32,000 bases of DNA from Candidatus Brocadia sp. (GTDB taxonomy: Bacteria > Planctomycetota > Brocadiia > Brocadiales > Brocadiaceae), in assembly GCA_021650915.1 (NCBI GenBank), contig CP091279.1:2940001-2972000 (forward strand), given 5' to 3'. A program made the translations under genes and the position numbers. The notes beneath the pieces are model-generated. The model was not told where the DNA came from. It saw only the letters and a program-made list of their open reading frames with translations, and did no database searches. Within the stretch, counting starts at the first letter, position 1; every line of letters begins with the position of its first letter. Below are positions 15,024 to 25,153 of this stretch, piece by piece.

Positions 15024-15617
15024 ATGAAGAAAATAGGATTCGTGGTTTTTGTCGTTGTCATGATCTTTACAAGGCTTAGTCTTGCCCAGGATTCGCCCAG
15101 GGTGATCGTAGAGAGATACCTCGATGCCGTGCGGAACAACGACTATGATAAGGCATATTCTTTTATTTCGAAGACTGATACCACGATTATTAACTGGCTG
15201 AAACTCATACAGTACGTTAAAAAAATTGCACCGGTAAGACTTGCCGAAGTTATTGACCTCGCTCATCATGCCGTCCGGCAGGAGATCGCCAGCGTCGTTG
15301 TGGGCGGAAATACCTGCCTGGTAAAGATCCACTCAAGGATTCCTGATATGGAAGAGGGCCTGAGGATTACCCGGAATCCGGAAGAGATAAAGTCTCTTTT
15401 AGACCGTGGCAGATTACCGGCAAAAGAAAGATTCGGGGAGTGCACACTGATAAAAGAAGACGGTATGTGGAAAATTTCAAAAGTCAAAGGTGTTTCCTCA
15501 GATCAGGCTGCGGATATTGCAGCAGACTTTGCGACGCTCATTTTAGGCAAGGACGAAGCAGAAAGGATGAAGAAAAAAATCGATGACTTTATGCAGCAAC
15601 AGGAAAAGGGCGCTTAA
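15024..15617 (+). CDS. Secreted hypothetical protein (signal peptide; NTF2/DUF4878-like start)
   Basis: 197 aa. MKKIGFVVFVVVMIFTRLSLAQD is a signal-peptide-like N-terminus. The following VERYLDAVRNNDYDKAYSFIS is typical of small NTF2-like secreted proteins. Function unknown. Confidence 0.6.
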   Translation: MKKIGFVVFVVVMIFTRLSLAQDSPRVIVERYLDAVRNNDYDKAYSFISKTDTTIINWLKLIQYVKKIAPVRLAEVIDLAHHAVRQEIASVVVGGNTCLVKIHSRIPDMEEGLRITRNPEEIKSLLDRGRLPAKERFGECTLIKEDGMWKISKVKGVSSDQAADIAADFATLILGKDEAERMKKKIDDFMQQQEKGA

Positions 15618-15699
15618 TTTCGCATGCTGGTAAAGAAAAGGGCGGATGATTTTCTTCTTTTTTCATCAGCCGGTGTATCAGTAGTTTCTGATTTTTCTA

Positions 15700-15728
15700 T
15701 TGACATTTTCCAGAGAAACGCTTAAATA
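15700..15728 (+). promoter_or_regulatory. Sigma-70-like promoter about 245 nt upstream of the glycan cluster
   Basis: TTGACA (15700-15705), a 17-nt spacer, then TAAATA (15723-15728). Sequence match only. Confidence 0.35.
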
Positions 15729-15972
15729 GCAAACACTTAGAAAGATGAACACGCGTTGTAAGCAATAAATCTTTCGTATCTCTCAGCTGCGAAACCCCTG
15801 GTTTCTCCCGCAGATGGGTGTTCTGCAGGAGAAATGTATTATGCACCATAGCACAACCAAAAGACCACCTTCACAAGCGCGATGACAGGGAAAAGTCATC
15901 AAAGGCATAATACCAAGAAACAGCACGATCTTCCTGCACGAAAAAGGAATTTATCAGTTAAAAAACTGATGC

Positions 15973-17706
15973 ATGAAAACGCTGGGAATCCATATCGGCC
16001 ACGACAGTGGCAGCTCCTTAATAATTGACGGGCAAATTATCGCAGACGTATCGGAAGAGCGATTTGTCCGGCTAAAACATTATGCAGGGCTGCCGGTACA
16101 TTCCATAAACTTCTGTCTTGCTGCGGGAAAGATCTCCTTTGACGAACTGGATTTCATTGCAATATCGGGTGAAATCGCAGACCTGAAGCTGAAAACCCTC
16201 CTGAATCTATCCGACGAACAATTTGCTCACATCGTCGAGCAGAACCTGCCGCACCGATCCATCGGCAGAAAAGTAAAAGGCCTCCTGAGGAACAAAATCG
16301 TATATCAGGAATCTCCTCCGCTATATCTGAGATTTTTTAACCTTGCACCGAAGACGAAAGTAATTAAGGTCGATCATCATGTGGCTCACGCAGCTTCGGC
16401 ATACTATACCTCAGGGTATCAGGATTGTCTGATCATTACCTGCGACGGGGTCGGAGACGGGACGTCCCTGGCCGTCTGGAATGGCACTGGCGGGGTGATA
16501 AAGGAAATAAGGCGATACGACACCGCGGGTTCTTTCGGGTGGTTCTATAGCCTGGTAACTGAGGCACTGGGATGGTGGGTAGGTGACGGAGAAGGGAAAA
16601 CCATGGGTCTTGCGCCCTATGGTGACAGAAAGACGGTCACTAACAAAGAAATTCTTGCCCGGTACCTGCCGTGTTATCAAGAGGGAGAGCTCGTTCGGGG
16701 GATCGATTTTGGCGCCGTTAAATATTTTAAAGAATTTGATGCCTTTCATTGGCATTTTCCTGACGCACGGAAGATACAAAAGGCGGTTGAGGATTACGGA
16801 CCGGAACATGTAGCGGCGGAAGCCCAGTATTTATTGGAAGAATCGCTGTTGCAGTTTATCAGGCACTGGGTAATAAAAGAACAGGCAAAAAACCTGGCGA
16901 CTGCAGGCGGGGTATTTTTAAACGTAAAATTGAATCAGAAAATCCTTGAGGATACGCTGGTAGAAAATTATTACATCTTCCCGAATGCGGGTGACGCTGG
17001 CCTTGCATTGGGGGCTGCCTTCTCGGTATCCCAACATTTTTCCAGAGAAGGTGTTGCTCAAAGGATTGACCATATGTATTGGGGACCCCAGTATGGCAAC
17101 GATGAAATTGAAGCTCTTCTGAAAGAAAGAAATCTACCGTACCGGAAGGCGGATAATGTTGCGAAAGAGGCGGCAAGGGCGTTGGCTGACCAGAAGATCG
17201 TCGGGTGGTTTCAGGGAAGGATGGAGTCGGGCCCCCGGGCTTTAGGTGGCAGATCCATTTTATTTGACCCGGGAAAGCCGGAAAATAAAGATATCATCAA
17301 CAAGCGGGTTAAGTTCCGGGAGCCTTTCCGGCCTTTTTGCCCTTCCCTCATGGAAGAATATGCCCATGAATATCTTTCCACTTCGCATAAAGACCGGTAT
17401 ATGATTACCGCCTGTACGGTAAAGGATGAGAAAAGGAAGATTATCCCGGCGGTAACGCACGTCGACGGGACCTGCAGGCCGCAATTCATTTCACGGCAGA
17501 TCAATAAACGGTTTTGGGAACTGCTTGACGCCTTTCGCCAGTACACGGGTGTGCCGGTAATCCTGAATACTTCCTTTAACATCAAGGGGGAACCGATTGT
17601 GTGCAGTCCAAGGGATGCCATAAAATGCTTTTTCGATACGGGTTTGGACGCGCTCTGTATAGGGGACTTTGTTGTGACGAAGCAGCAATCCTTCAACCGT
17701 CCGTGA
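15973..17706 (+). CDS. Carbamoyltransferase (NodU/CmcH family)
   Basis: 577 aa. LGIHIGHDSGSSLIIDGQIIADVSEERFVRLKH, DHHVAHAASAYYTSG, GRMESGPRALGGRSIL and LNTSFNIKGEPIV are canonical NodU/CmcH blocks. Confidence 0.9.
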   Translation: MKTLGIHIGHDSGSSLIIDGQIIADVSEERFVRLKHYAGLPVHSINFCLAAGKISFDELDFIAISGEIADLKLKTLLNLSDEQFAHIVEQNLPHRSIGRKVKGLLRNKIVYQESPPLYLRFFNLAPKTKVIKVDHHVAHAASAYYTSGYQDCLIITCDGVGDGTSLAVWNGTGGVIKEIRRYDTAGSFGWFYSLVTEALGWWVGDGEGKTMGLAPYGDRKTVTNKEILARYLPCYQEGELVRGIDFGAVKYFKEFDAFHWHFPDARKIQKAVEDYGPEHVAAEAQYLLEESLLQFIRHWVIKEQAKNLATAGGVFLNVKLNQKILEDTLVENYYIFPNAGDAGLALGAAFSVSQHFSREGVAQRIDHMYWGPQYGNDEIEALLKERNLPYRKADNVAKEAARALADQKIVGWFQGRMESGPRALGGRSILFDPGKPENKDIINKRVKFREPFRPFCPSLMEEYAHEYLSTSHKDRYMITACTVKDEKRKIIPAVTHVDGTCRPQFISRQINKRFWELLDAFRQYTGVPVILNTSFNIKGEPIVCSPRDAIKCFFDTGLDALCIGDFVVTKQQSFNRP

Positions 17707-17751
17707 TCAGGAATTACCTTCTGCCGGCAGACTGCCGAAATTCATGGCATC

Positions 17752-19260
17752 ATGACCTCAGAAATCTATAAAAAAATTGGCGACAATTCGATGTATAATC
17801 TCATCCGCAGGCTTGTCGCACTTCCTATAGGATTGGTTCTGCCCCCGATAACGATTCAATATCTTGGGGTCGAGGGTTATGGTATCTGGGTCTTGATACA
17901 AACCCTCATCACCTATACCTCTCTTATGGACATGGGTTTCAGTCCGGCCATTACAAAGTATACGGCAGAATATGATGCACACAAGGATCACTTTAAAATA
18001 GTCCGGGTCTTTAATACCGTACTTGTCGTGTATATCTTCTTGTGCCTTATCGTGTTTGTTATCGTATATCTGGGCAAAGGGCTGATTATCAATTTTCTTA
18101 TCGGCCCCACGAAGATACCGAAAGAAACTATTTCCTTCGTATTGATAATTTCGTCTTTGGTCTTTTGTTGTAATATGGTGTTTAGCGCCTATCTTTCATT
18201 CCTGAATGGTTTGCAAAGGATGGGCATCACCAACAAGATCGGCAGTATCTCATCGATAAGCAATTGTCTCTTCTCGATCGTATTTTTATGTGTTGGCGGC
18301 GGACTGAAAAGTCTTGCCTTTGCAGGGGGTATTTCTGGCATACTGAGCGCTGTTATGTATCTGCGTGCCTGCAAAAAAATTGCCCCCTATCTTACCTTTA
18401 ATCCTTTTCTTTTCCGTATGAAAACGATAAAAGAGGTTTGGGGGTTTAGCAGTTATGGCGCTATGGGCAATCTGGTGGCGATGATACATTTTCAATCAGA
18501 CAAACTGATGATAAGCTATTTTCTTGGTGTAAGCAGCCTGGCCTTGTATGACGTTGCACATCGATTGGTTTTTTTCGTCTGGGGTCTGTCTGGTTCCTTC
18601 ATTACTCCCATTATGCCTGCAATCTCTCATGTCCACGCAAAATACGGCGTCGAGAAATCAAAAGAAGTTTTTCAGACCATTTTTTCCTATACGGCGCTCA
18701 TGGTTTGTCCCTTATTTTTCTTTGTTCCTGTCTTTGCAGACACCTTACTCCTTATCTGGTTAGGCGCCGGTTATGAAAACACAATTTCTGTTCTCAGGAT
18801 TTTGTCTTTGGCCTACTTATTCAATATCCTTTCCGGCCCTGGCGCATCAGTTCTGACCGGTATGGGGTTCTATAAGATTCCCTTTTACGGGGGAGTAATT
18901 ACCGCGGTTATTACCCTTCTGTTGTGTCCGGCGCTTATCATAAAATTTGGCATTTTCGGGAGCGCAACGGGAATCATGACGGCTTATGGAATCGGGGTTT
19001 TTTATCTCTTTCTTCAACTCCAAAAGGTCTTTGATTCTTTTTCAACCGCGCGCATTTTCTATCATTCATTACTCTTTCCCGCAGGAATGAGCATCGCTAT
19101 TTTTCTTGTAACAAACACCTTCATAACCTATTTCGTTCTGAACAAATATTTTGCATTCACCCTTGCTTCTCTGTCTCTTTTCATCGCATACGGTCTGATA
19201 CTTTTTAAAGACGGGAGATATCGTGCCGTATGGAAATCTCTTGCTGCTCTTCGATTATAA
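17752..19260 (+). CDS. Polysaccharide/oligosaccharide flippase (MOP/Wzx-like)
   Basis: 502 aa and highly hydrophobic, with many predicted membrane-spanning segments. The N-terminal LIRRLVALPIGLVLPPITIQYLGVEGYGIW pattern is typical of Wzx/polysaccharide biosynthesis proteins. Confidence 0.75.
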   Translation: MTSEIYKKIGDNSMYNLIRRLVALPIGLVLPPITIQYLGVEGYGIWVLIQTLITYTSLMDMGFSPAITKYTAEYDAHKDHFKIVRVFNTVLVVYIFLCLIVFVIVYLGKGLIINFLIGPTKIPKETISFVLIISSLVFCCNMVFSAYLSFLNGLQRMGITNKIGSISSISNCLFSIVFLCVGGGLKSLAFAGGISGILSAVMYLRACKKIAPYLTFNPFLFRMKTIKEVWGFSSYGAMGNLVAMIHFQSDKLMISYFLGVSSLALYDVAHRLVFFVWGLSGSFITPIMPAISHVHAKYGVEKSKEVFQTIFSYTALMVCPLFFFVPVFADTLLLIWLGAGYENTISVLRILSLAYLFNILSGPGASVLTGMGFYKIPFYGGVITAVITLLLCPALIIKFGIFGSATGIMTAYGIGVFYLFLQLQKVFDSFSTARIFYHSLLFPAGMSIAIFLVTNTFITYFVLNKYFAFTLASLSLFIAYGLILFKDGRYRAVWKSLAALRL

Positions 19261-19287
19261 GATTACGGTTCAATATGAGGGAAAAAC

Positions 19288-20232
19288 ATGCACAAAGAAA
19301 AAGTCCTCATTATTAAGCTCGGATATTCAGAAACCCTGGATGGCGAGATCGGGAAGATAACGAGCCTGGGAGACGTGCTCAGAAGCACCGTATTACTGCA
19401 TCTTTACAAAAATGCCCATGTTACCTGGCTGGTGGACGAGAAGGCATTTCCCCTGCTCAAAGGAAATCCCTTTATTCGCAGGATCCTCTCTTACGACCTT
19501 TCTTCTGTGCTCCAATTGCAGTCGGAACGATTTGATACCGTCATTAATCTTGAAAAGGTGCCGGGGTTGTGCGCCTTTTCGGATTCTCTGAATGCCTGGC
19601 GTCGATATGGTTTCCGGTTTGATCCGGAAAATGGGGTCGCGCTTGCCTACGATGGCTCTCAGCATGTTTTAGAGATCTGTATGGACCCAGAATATAAGAA
19701 AAAGACACGGAAATTCTGGGAGGAAACCCTGTTTGAGATGGTAGGGGCAAAATGGCAAGGTGAAGGTTGTATCCTGGGATACCAAACGAAGTCCAGCACG
19801 GCATTTGATATAGGCTTTAATTATGATGTAGGGAAAAAATGGCCGAACAAGGCATGGCCTATGGAATATTGGAAAGAACTGGAACGTCTTATCGGAAATA
19901 AGTACACCGTCTCCTGGCAGCAAGGCTTGAAAAACATTGAAGAATATTTTGAGTGGATCAGTTCCTGTAATCTTTTCATAACCAATGACAGCCTAGGGTT
20001 GCACATTGCCGGCGCTCTCAACAAAAAGATCATTGCGCTTTTCGGGCCTACCATGGCTTCCGAAATTTATGTGCCGAATGGCATCAAATTGCTGCCGACC
20101 ATTGATTACCCTTGCATACCTTGCTTAAGTCCGCGGTGTAAGCAAAGCACCTTGTGTATGCATTATATAGAACCGAACGTAGTTTATGATATGATAGAAA
20201 AAGTTGTTACGGGTTCCGTATCGCCAGCATGA
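19288..20232 (+). CDS. Glycosyltransferase family 9 (heptosyltransferase-like)
   Basis: 314 aa. VLIIKLGYSETLDGEIGKITSLGDVLRSTVLLHLY..VTWLV and the C-terminal ITNDSLGLHIAGALNKKIIALFGPT are GT9 hallmarks. Confidence 0.8.
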   Translation: MHKEKVLIIKLGYSETLDGEIGKITSLGDVLRSTVLLHLYKNAHVTWLVDEKAFPLLKGNPFIRRILSYDLSSVLQLQSERFDTVINLEKVPGLCAFSDSLNAWRRYGFRFDPENGVALAYDGSQHVLEICMDPEYKKKTRKFWEETLFEMVGAKWQGEGCILGYQTKSSTAFDIGFNYDVGKKWPNKAWPMEYWKELERLIGNKYTVSWQQGLKNIEEYFEWISSCNLFITNDSLGLHIAGALNKKIIALFGPTMASEIYVPNGIKLLPTIDYPCIPCLSPRCKQSTLCMHYIEPNVVYDMIEKVVTGSVSPA

Positions 20233-21818
20233 ATAAGAAGACGATCATACTCATTTCACCTCCGCCAATCACGACAGACTGGGAACCCAAAAAAGTACTC
20301 AGTGGAAGCCCCGGCGTTAGAATGGGACTTCTGTCCATAGGCAGTGTCCTGAGTCAGCACGGTTACTCCGTAAAAATACTGGATGGTATCCTGGGCAAGG
20401 TGGATTTGGCTTCTGAGTTACATCAGATACGTCCCCAGGAAACGTTATTTGTGGGAATCTCCTCGATGACAGCCCAATTGCCCTCTGCGGTAAAGGCGGC
20501 AACGATTATCCGGGAACAACATCCGTCGTTACCGATTATTTGGGGTGGAGTTCATGCAACTCTTTTTCCTGAAGAAACGTGCTCAGATAGTTTAGCCGAC
20601 ATCGTGGTCATCGGCGAGGGCGAGTATACTTGCCTGGAATTGACAGAAGCCCTTTCAGGGATAAGAGACCTTCATTCTATTAAAGGTATCGTGTATAAAA
20701 ACGGCGACGGGAAGACCATTTTTACCGGAAACAGGAGTCATCACGATTTAAACGCATTGCCCTTTCCAAAGTATGAACTTTTTCATTTAGACGACTATTT
20801 ATATCGTGCTATCATTGACAGAGAGGATATTAAAAACAGAAAATTTGGTAAAATGTTAAGCATTCATTCCGGTATGGGATGCCCGTACCAATGTACTTTT
20901 TGCATTAATACCACGGTTTATCGCGACGGGAAGTATTACACCAGGAGCCCCTATAGAGGCAAATCCGCCGTCAGGCTTCTTGATGAAATTGAGGTTTTAC
21001 TGAAGAAATACAACGTAGATTTTATCGATTTTATCGATGAAAATTTCCTTGTGGATAAAAGCCGTTTTTTTCAATTCCTGGATGGCATAGAAGAACGCCG
21101 GCTTACGTTTACCTGGTTTGCAGGTTCACGGGCTAATTATTTTAACCCGGGGTATTTAACCCATGACGTTATTGCACGGGCATCTGCCTTAGGGTGTGTT
21201 ATGATGGGAATTGGCGCCGAATCCGGCTCCCAGCGTATCCTGGATTTTCTGAAAAAGGGCATTACCGTTGAACAGATAGAGTATGCGGCAAGCGCGCTCA
21301 ATAAGCACCGGATTGTAAGCGAGTTTTCTTTTATGATTGGCCTTCCGCATGAGACGCCGGACGATATGTTAAAAACGATCCGCTTCGTTAAAAAACTGAG
21401 AACCATTGGGCCTTATGTTGGAACCCAGTCACCCCAGCTTTATCGACCCATACCAGGAGGAGAACTCTATGATGAATGCGTGAAGCTTGGTTTTGCCGCT
21501 CCGAAAGGCATTCGGGAATGGACGTCAGAAAAGTTACAGATATCCGGCTATCTGCATTTAGATAAACTGCCGTGGATTAACAGAGACAATAAGACGATAG
21601 TAATCATACGGTATGTTACGGGCATACTTTCCACCATGAAATTCAGGTGGTGGCTTATCGATAAAACGGGCAGTTTCTTTCTTAAAAATTTCCTGTTACA
21701 TGTGGTAAATATGGTATTCCTGCTACGGGAACGCATGGATTTCTGGAAGTTTCCGGTAGAATATACCTGTTTTGAGAGGCTTCAAAGGTTCAAAAAATAT
21801 TACCACCGGGTTAGGTGA
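20229..21818 (+). CDS. B12-binding-domain radical SAM protein (class B-like)
   Basis: 529 aa. The N-terminal Rossmann-like cobalamin-binding-type region has GLLSIGSVLSQHGYSVKILD..IIWGGVHATLFPEE. The radical SAM cluster motif is GMGCPYQCTFC. ATGA start/stop overlap with the GT9 gene. Confidence 0.85.
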   Translation: MNKKTIILISPPPITTDWEPKKVLSGSPGVRMGLLSIGSVLSQHGYSVKILDGILGKVDLASELHQIRPQETLFVGISSMTAQLPSAVKAATIIREQHPSLPIIWGGVHATLFPEETCSDSLADIVVIGEGEYTCLELTEALSGIRDLHSIKGIVYKNGDGKTIFTGNRSHHDLNALPFPKYELFHLDDYLYRAIIDREDIKNRKFGKMLSIHSGMGCPYQCTFCINTTVYRDGKYYTRSPYRGKSAVRLLDEIEVLLKKYNVDFIDFIDENFLVDKSRFFQFLDGIEERRLTFTWFAGSRANYFNPGYLTHDVIARASALGCVMMGIGAESGSQRILDFLKKGITVEQIEYAASALNKHRIVSEFSFMIGLPHETPDDMLKTIRFVKKLRTIGPYVGTQSPQLYRPIPGGELYDECVKLGFAAPKGIREWTSEKLQISGYLHLDKLPWINRDNKTIVIIRYVTGILSTMKFRWWLIDKTGSFFLKNFLLHVVNMVFLLRERMDFWKFPVEYTCFERLQRFKKYYHRVR

Positions 21819-21845
21819 GTCATAAAAGATTCGAGTTTTCGAAAG

Positions 21846-23243
21846 ATGAAAGGCGGTATGCTGAAAAGTTTGTTTCCGGAAAAAGAAGTTAATCAGGAGT
21901 TATCAGAAATACGAAAAACCGCTCCCCGGTTCTTTGAACTCCTGGAAGAAAAGATCGAAGGTACCAGATATCTTATATTCAAAAAGACGGCAAGGCAACT
22001 CCTGAGAAAAATGCTCGCGCTGGGAATAATGGGATGTTTAAAAGGCCTTTCAAACAAGGGCATTATCAGGGCGATAAATCGTCCTTCCGGGAAAAAGAGG
22101 ATCCTTTTCATTGCCGGATTACCCACGTTTAATCTTGCCGGGATAAGTGTCTGTCTGAGAAAAACCGGAGAATTTGAGACGGTACTTCTGACAGAGAATC
22201 CCTGGCTCGTCGGTTTTTTTCAGCGCTCTTTTGATAGGGTCTATGTCTTTAATTCGTATGCGGATGTTGCACAGATCCTCATGGCATCAAGACCGGATCT
22301 TATTCATATGCAGGGATCACTTCGGTATTACTTTTTAGGTGTTATGGCAAAGTGTCTGGGAAGAACGAACACCGTTATCGGATTTAATGACATTCCTTCC
22401 TTAACGGAGGTGCCGGAGGAAGACCGTAAAGAATTATGGGGCATCTCCCATGATGCTCAGTTGGACTATTTTTCAGAAGAATTTCTTTTTCAAAGGGCAG
22501 ACGGGATTATTCTTACAATGAATACCCTTGCAGCGGGGAATGCCTTACGCCTTCGCTATAAATCAACAAGCCCCTTACTTGAATTTCCTACGTATGTATG
22601 TGATGAGTTCTGCCGTGAGGAAGAAAAATACTCCCGGCACGACGGGAAGATCCATCTCGTATACGGCGGCATCATTGTCCCGTCTGACAAACCACGGGAA
22701 CTCTTCGGAGATAATCAATTTCTTGCGCTTGCAAAAAAACTTCTTCATCAGGGACTCTGCTTTCATCTCTATCTTTCTCCCCATTTTTCACCCTTTCAGA
22801 TCAAAAAATTATATCAGGATTATATTCAATTCGCCGCAGAAGCGCGTAATTTCAGCTTTAAGCAAGGACTTCCCCACGATGAGGCAATAAAAGAATTTTC
22901 ACGATACGATTTTGCGGCCATGATCAGTATCTTTGATGGAGTAAAATTAAATACGTTTCATTGGGAAACGGCAATGCCAAGTAAGTTTTTTACCTATTTA
23001 TCAGCAGGGTTGCCGGTTATTGTGAGTAAAGAGCATGGTAATATTTCTGCCCTTGTAAGAAAATATGGATGTGGTATTGTTGTTGATCAAAAAGATTTAG
23101 ATAAGATATCGGATATTATCAAACGCTGCGATTATGAAGAATTAAAAATCAATGTCAAACGAGCCAGAGAGGAACTTTCAATAAAAAACCATATCGGACG
23201 GCTCATTGAGTTCTATGAAAGAGTGTGCTCCGGAAATGGATAA
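21846..23243 (+). CDS. GT-B-fold glycosyltransferase-like protein, paralog A
   Basis: 465 aa. The C-terminal PSKFFTYLSAGLPVIVSKEHGNISALVRKYGCGIVV resembles GT4/GT1 sugar-donor domains. It is clearly paralogous to 27913-29277 (shared blocks SGKK(R/K)IL, ETxLLxExPWL, DGKIHLVYGG, EFSRYDF). Confidence 0.6.
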   Translation: MKGGMLKSLFPEKEVNQELSEIRKTAPRFFELLEEKIEGTRYLIFKKTARQLLRKMLALGIMGCLKGLSNKGIIRAINRPSGKKRILFIAGLPTFNLAGISVCLRKTGEFETVLLTENPWLVGFFQRSFDRVYVFNSYADVAQILMASRPDLIHMQGSLRYYFLGVMAKCLGRTNTVIGFNDIPSLTEVPEEDRKELWGISHDAQLDYFSEEFLFQRADGIILTMNTLAAGNALRLRYKSTSPLLEFPTYVCDEFCREEEKYSRHDGKIHLVYGGIIVPSDKPRELFGDNQFLALAKKLLHQGLCFHLYLSPHFSPFQIKKLYQDYIQFAAEARNFSFKQGLPHDEAIKEFSRYDFAAMISIFDGVKLNTFHWETAMPSKFFTYLSAGLPVIVSKEHGNISALVRKYGCGIVVDQKDLDKISDIIKRCDYEELKINVKRAREELSIKNHIGRLIEFYERVCSGNG

Positions 23244-24303
23244 ATATCGCATAGACAGCCATAAATTGATTTATCATGTGCAGAGGGTGCACGATTGGTT
23301 AGAAGGTAAAAATGTCTACCCCATCTATGCCGAAATATCGCCATCGGGAACTTGTAACCACCGATGCACGTATTGTGCCTTGGATTTTATGGAATATCAG
23401 CCGCGGTTTTTAGAGAAAGACCTGCTGAAGGAAAGGCTGTCTGAGATGGCATTGCTCGGTTTAAAGAGCGTCATGTATGCTGGAGAAGGCGAGCCGCTTC
23501 TGCACAAAGATATGGGAGAAATAATCCGTCATACACGAAACGCGGGGATTGACGTTGCCCTGACAACAAACGGGGTATGTTTCAAAAAAGATCTGATAGG
23601 GCGCACGCTTGAAAATATTACCTGGATAAAAGTAAGCATTAATGGTGGGACAAAAGAAACCTATGCCAAAATTCATCAAACAAAACCGGATCACTTTGAC
23701 CAGATAATAGAGAATATGTCTTATGCGGCAACATTACGACACGACAAGGGATACCGATGTGCCCTGGGTATGCAGCTCATCCTTTTGCCAGAAAACTGGA
23801 ATGAGGCAGAGCTTCTGGCCCGGCTGGCCAAAGAGATTGGTATGGATTATTTGGTTATAAAACCCTATTCACAGCATCCGTTGAGCAGGACAATGAAATA
23901 TAAAGATATAAAATATCGTGATTATCTTCACCTTGCCGACACATTACGCACTTTCAATGATCGCAACTTCAGCGTCATATTCCGCAGTAACACCATGAAA
24001 AAGTGGGACGAAGGACAGCGAAATTACCGGCAGTGCCTTGCCCTTCCTTTCTGGTCTTATATCGATGCCGGCGGGACTGTTTGGGGATGCAGCGCTTATC
24101 TCAGTGACGAACATTTTGCCTACGGCAACCTTTACAAAAATACGTTTCAAGAAATTTGGGAGGGCAAAAAAAGGCTTACGTCGCTTCGGTGGACATCAGA
24201 AAAGCTTGATATCAGTCAGTGCCGGATGAATTGCAGAATGGACGAAATCAATCGATATCTGTGGCAATTAAGGCATCCGCCCGAACACGTTAATTTTATC
24301 TGA
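23236..24303 (+). CDS. Radical SAM / SPASM-like protein, paralog A
   Basis: CNHRCTYC cluster motif, GEGEPLL, ALTTNG, and C-terminal Cys residues (CSAYL..CRMNCRMDE). It ends PPEHVNFI. I prefer ATG at 23236, where ATGGATAA overlaps the upstream stop, over the track start at 23206. Confidence 0.85.
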   Translation: MDKYRIDSHKLIYHVQRVHDWLEGKNVYPIYAEISPSGTCNHRCTYCALDFMEYQPRFLEKDLLKERLSEMALLGLKSVMYAGEGEPLLHKDMGEIIRHTRNAGIDVALTTNGVCFKKDLIGRTLENITWIKVSINGGTKETYAKIHQTKPDHFDQIIENMSYAATLRHDKGYRCALGMQLILLPENWNEAELLARLAKEIGMDYLVIKPYSQHPLSRTMKYKDIKYRDYLHLADTLRTFNDRNFSVIFRSNTMKKWDEGQRNYRQCLALPFWSYIDAGGTVWGCSAYLSDEHFAYGNLYKNTFQEIWEGKKRLTSLRWTSEKLDISQCRMNCRMDEINRYLWQLRHPPEHVNFI

Positions 24304-24331
24304 TTCCCCGATTCTTTACACGAGAACGATA

Positions 24332-25153
24332 ATGGTCAATGATCGGTTATCCAAAAAGGCAAATCAAATACGCAGGGATTTAATAGAGATTGCCATTCAA
24401 AATGGAGCTGGGCATATTGCACCCTCGCTTTCCTGTGTTGATATCCTGGTGGCGCTGTATTACCGCATAATGAAACTTCCGCCTTGTTCGTCGTGGGAAG
24501 AAAGAGATCGTCTCGTATTTTCCAAAGCACACGGATGTTATGGTCTCTATTCAATACTGGCTGACAAAGGATTTATTCAACGTCGGGACTGGAAGAATTT
24601 CTATCAGGGAAGTTTTTTGTCAGGATGCCTGGAACGTTGCGTGGAAAATGGCCTGGAAGCAAGTTGCGGTTCGCTCGGACATGGGCTGCCAATGGCTGTG
24701 GGTATTGCCTTTGGGGCACAATTACAAAAGAAGAGATACCGCGTATATTGTATCGTTGGCGATGGCGAAATGCAGGAAGGATCCAATTGGGAAGCAATTC
24801 AATTTGCCGCTAAATACAAGCTGTCAAATCTAACGGTAATCATCGATCACAATACCCTGCAAGCGATGGATTTTTTGAAAAATGTCCTAACGATGGAAGA
24901 AAGGAGGGATGATTTGCAAAGGAAAATGAAGGCTTTTGGATTTGAGACAAAAACCTGCAGCGGGCATAACATAAAAGACATCTCTTCTCTTATTGAAAAA
25001 TGGATCAAAAACCAGAAAAATCTCGTTGCGCCCCAGGTATTAATCGCAAGGACAACTAAGGGATATGGGTTAAAATGCATGGAAAATGTACCAAAATTTC
25101 ATTTCCGTATACCGACAGAGGATGAATTAAAAATGGGAAACCGTTATGAATGA
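24332..25153 (+). CDS. Transketolase N-terminal (ThDP pyrophosphate-binding) subunit
   Basis: 273 aa. GHIAPSLSCVDILVALYY, GSLGHGLPMAVGIAFG and the ThDP motif VGDGEMQEGSNWEA. Confidence 0.85.
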   Translation: MVNDRLSKKANQIRRDLIEIAIQNGAGHIAPSLSCVDILVALYYRIMKLPPCSSWEERDRLVFSKAHGCYGLYSILADKGFIQRRDWKNFYQGSFLSGCLERCVENGLEASCGSLGHGLPMAVGIAFGAQLQKKRYRVYCIVGDGEMQEGSNWEAIQFAAKYKLSNLTVIIDHNTLQAMDFLKNVLTMEERRDDLQRKMKAFGFETKTCSGHNIKDISSLIEKWIKNQKNLVAPQVLIARTTKGYGLKCMENVPKFHFRIPTEDELKMGNRYE

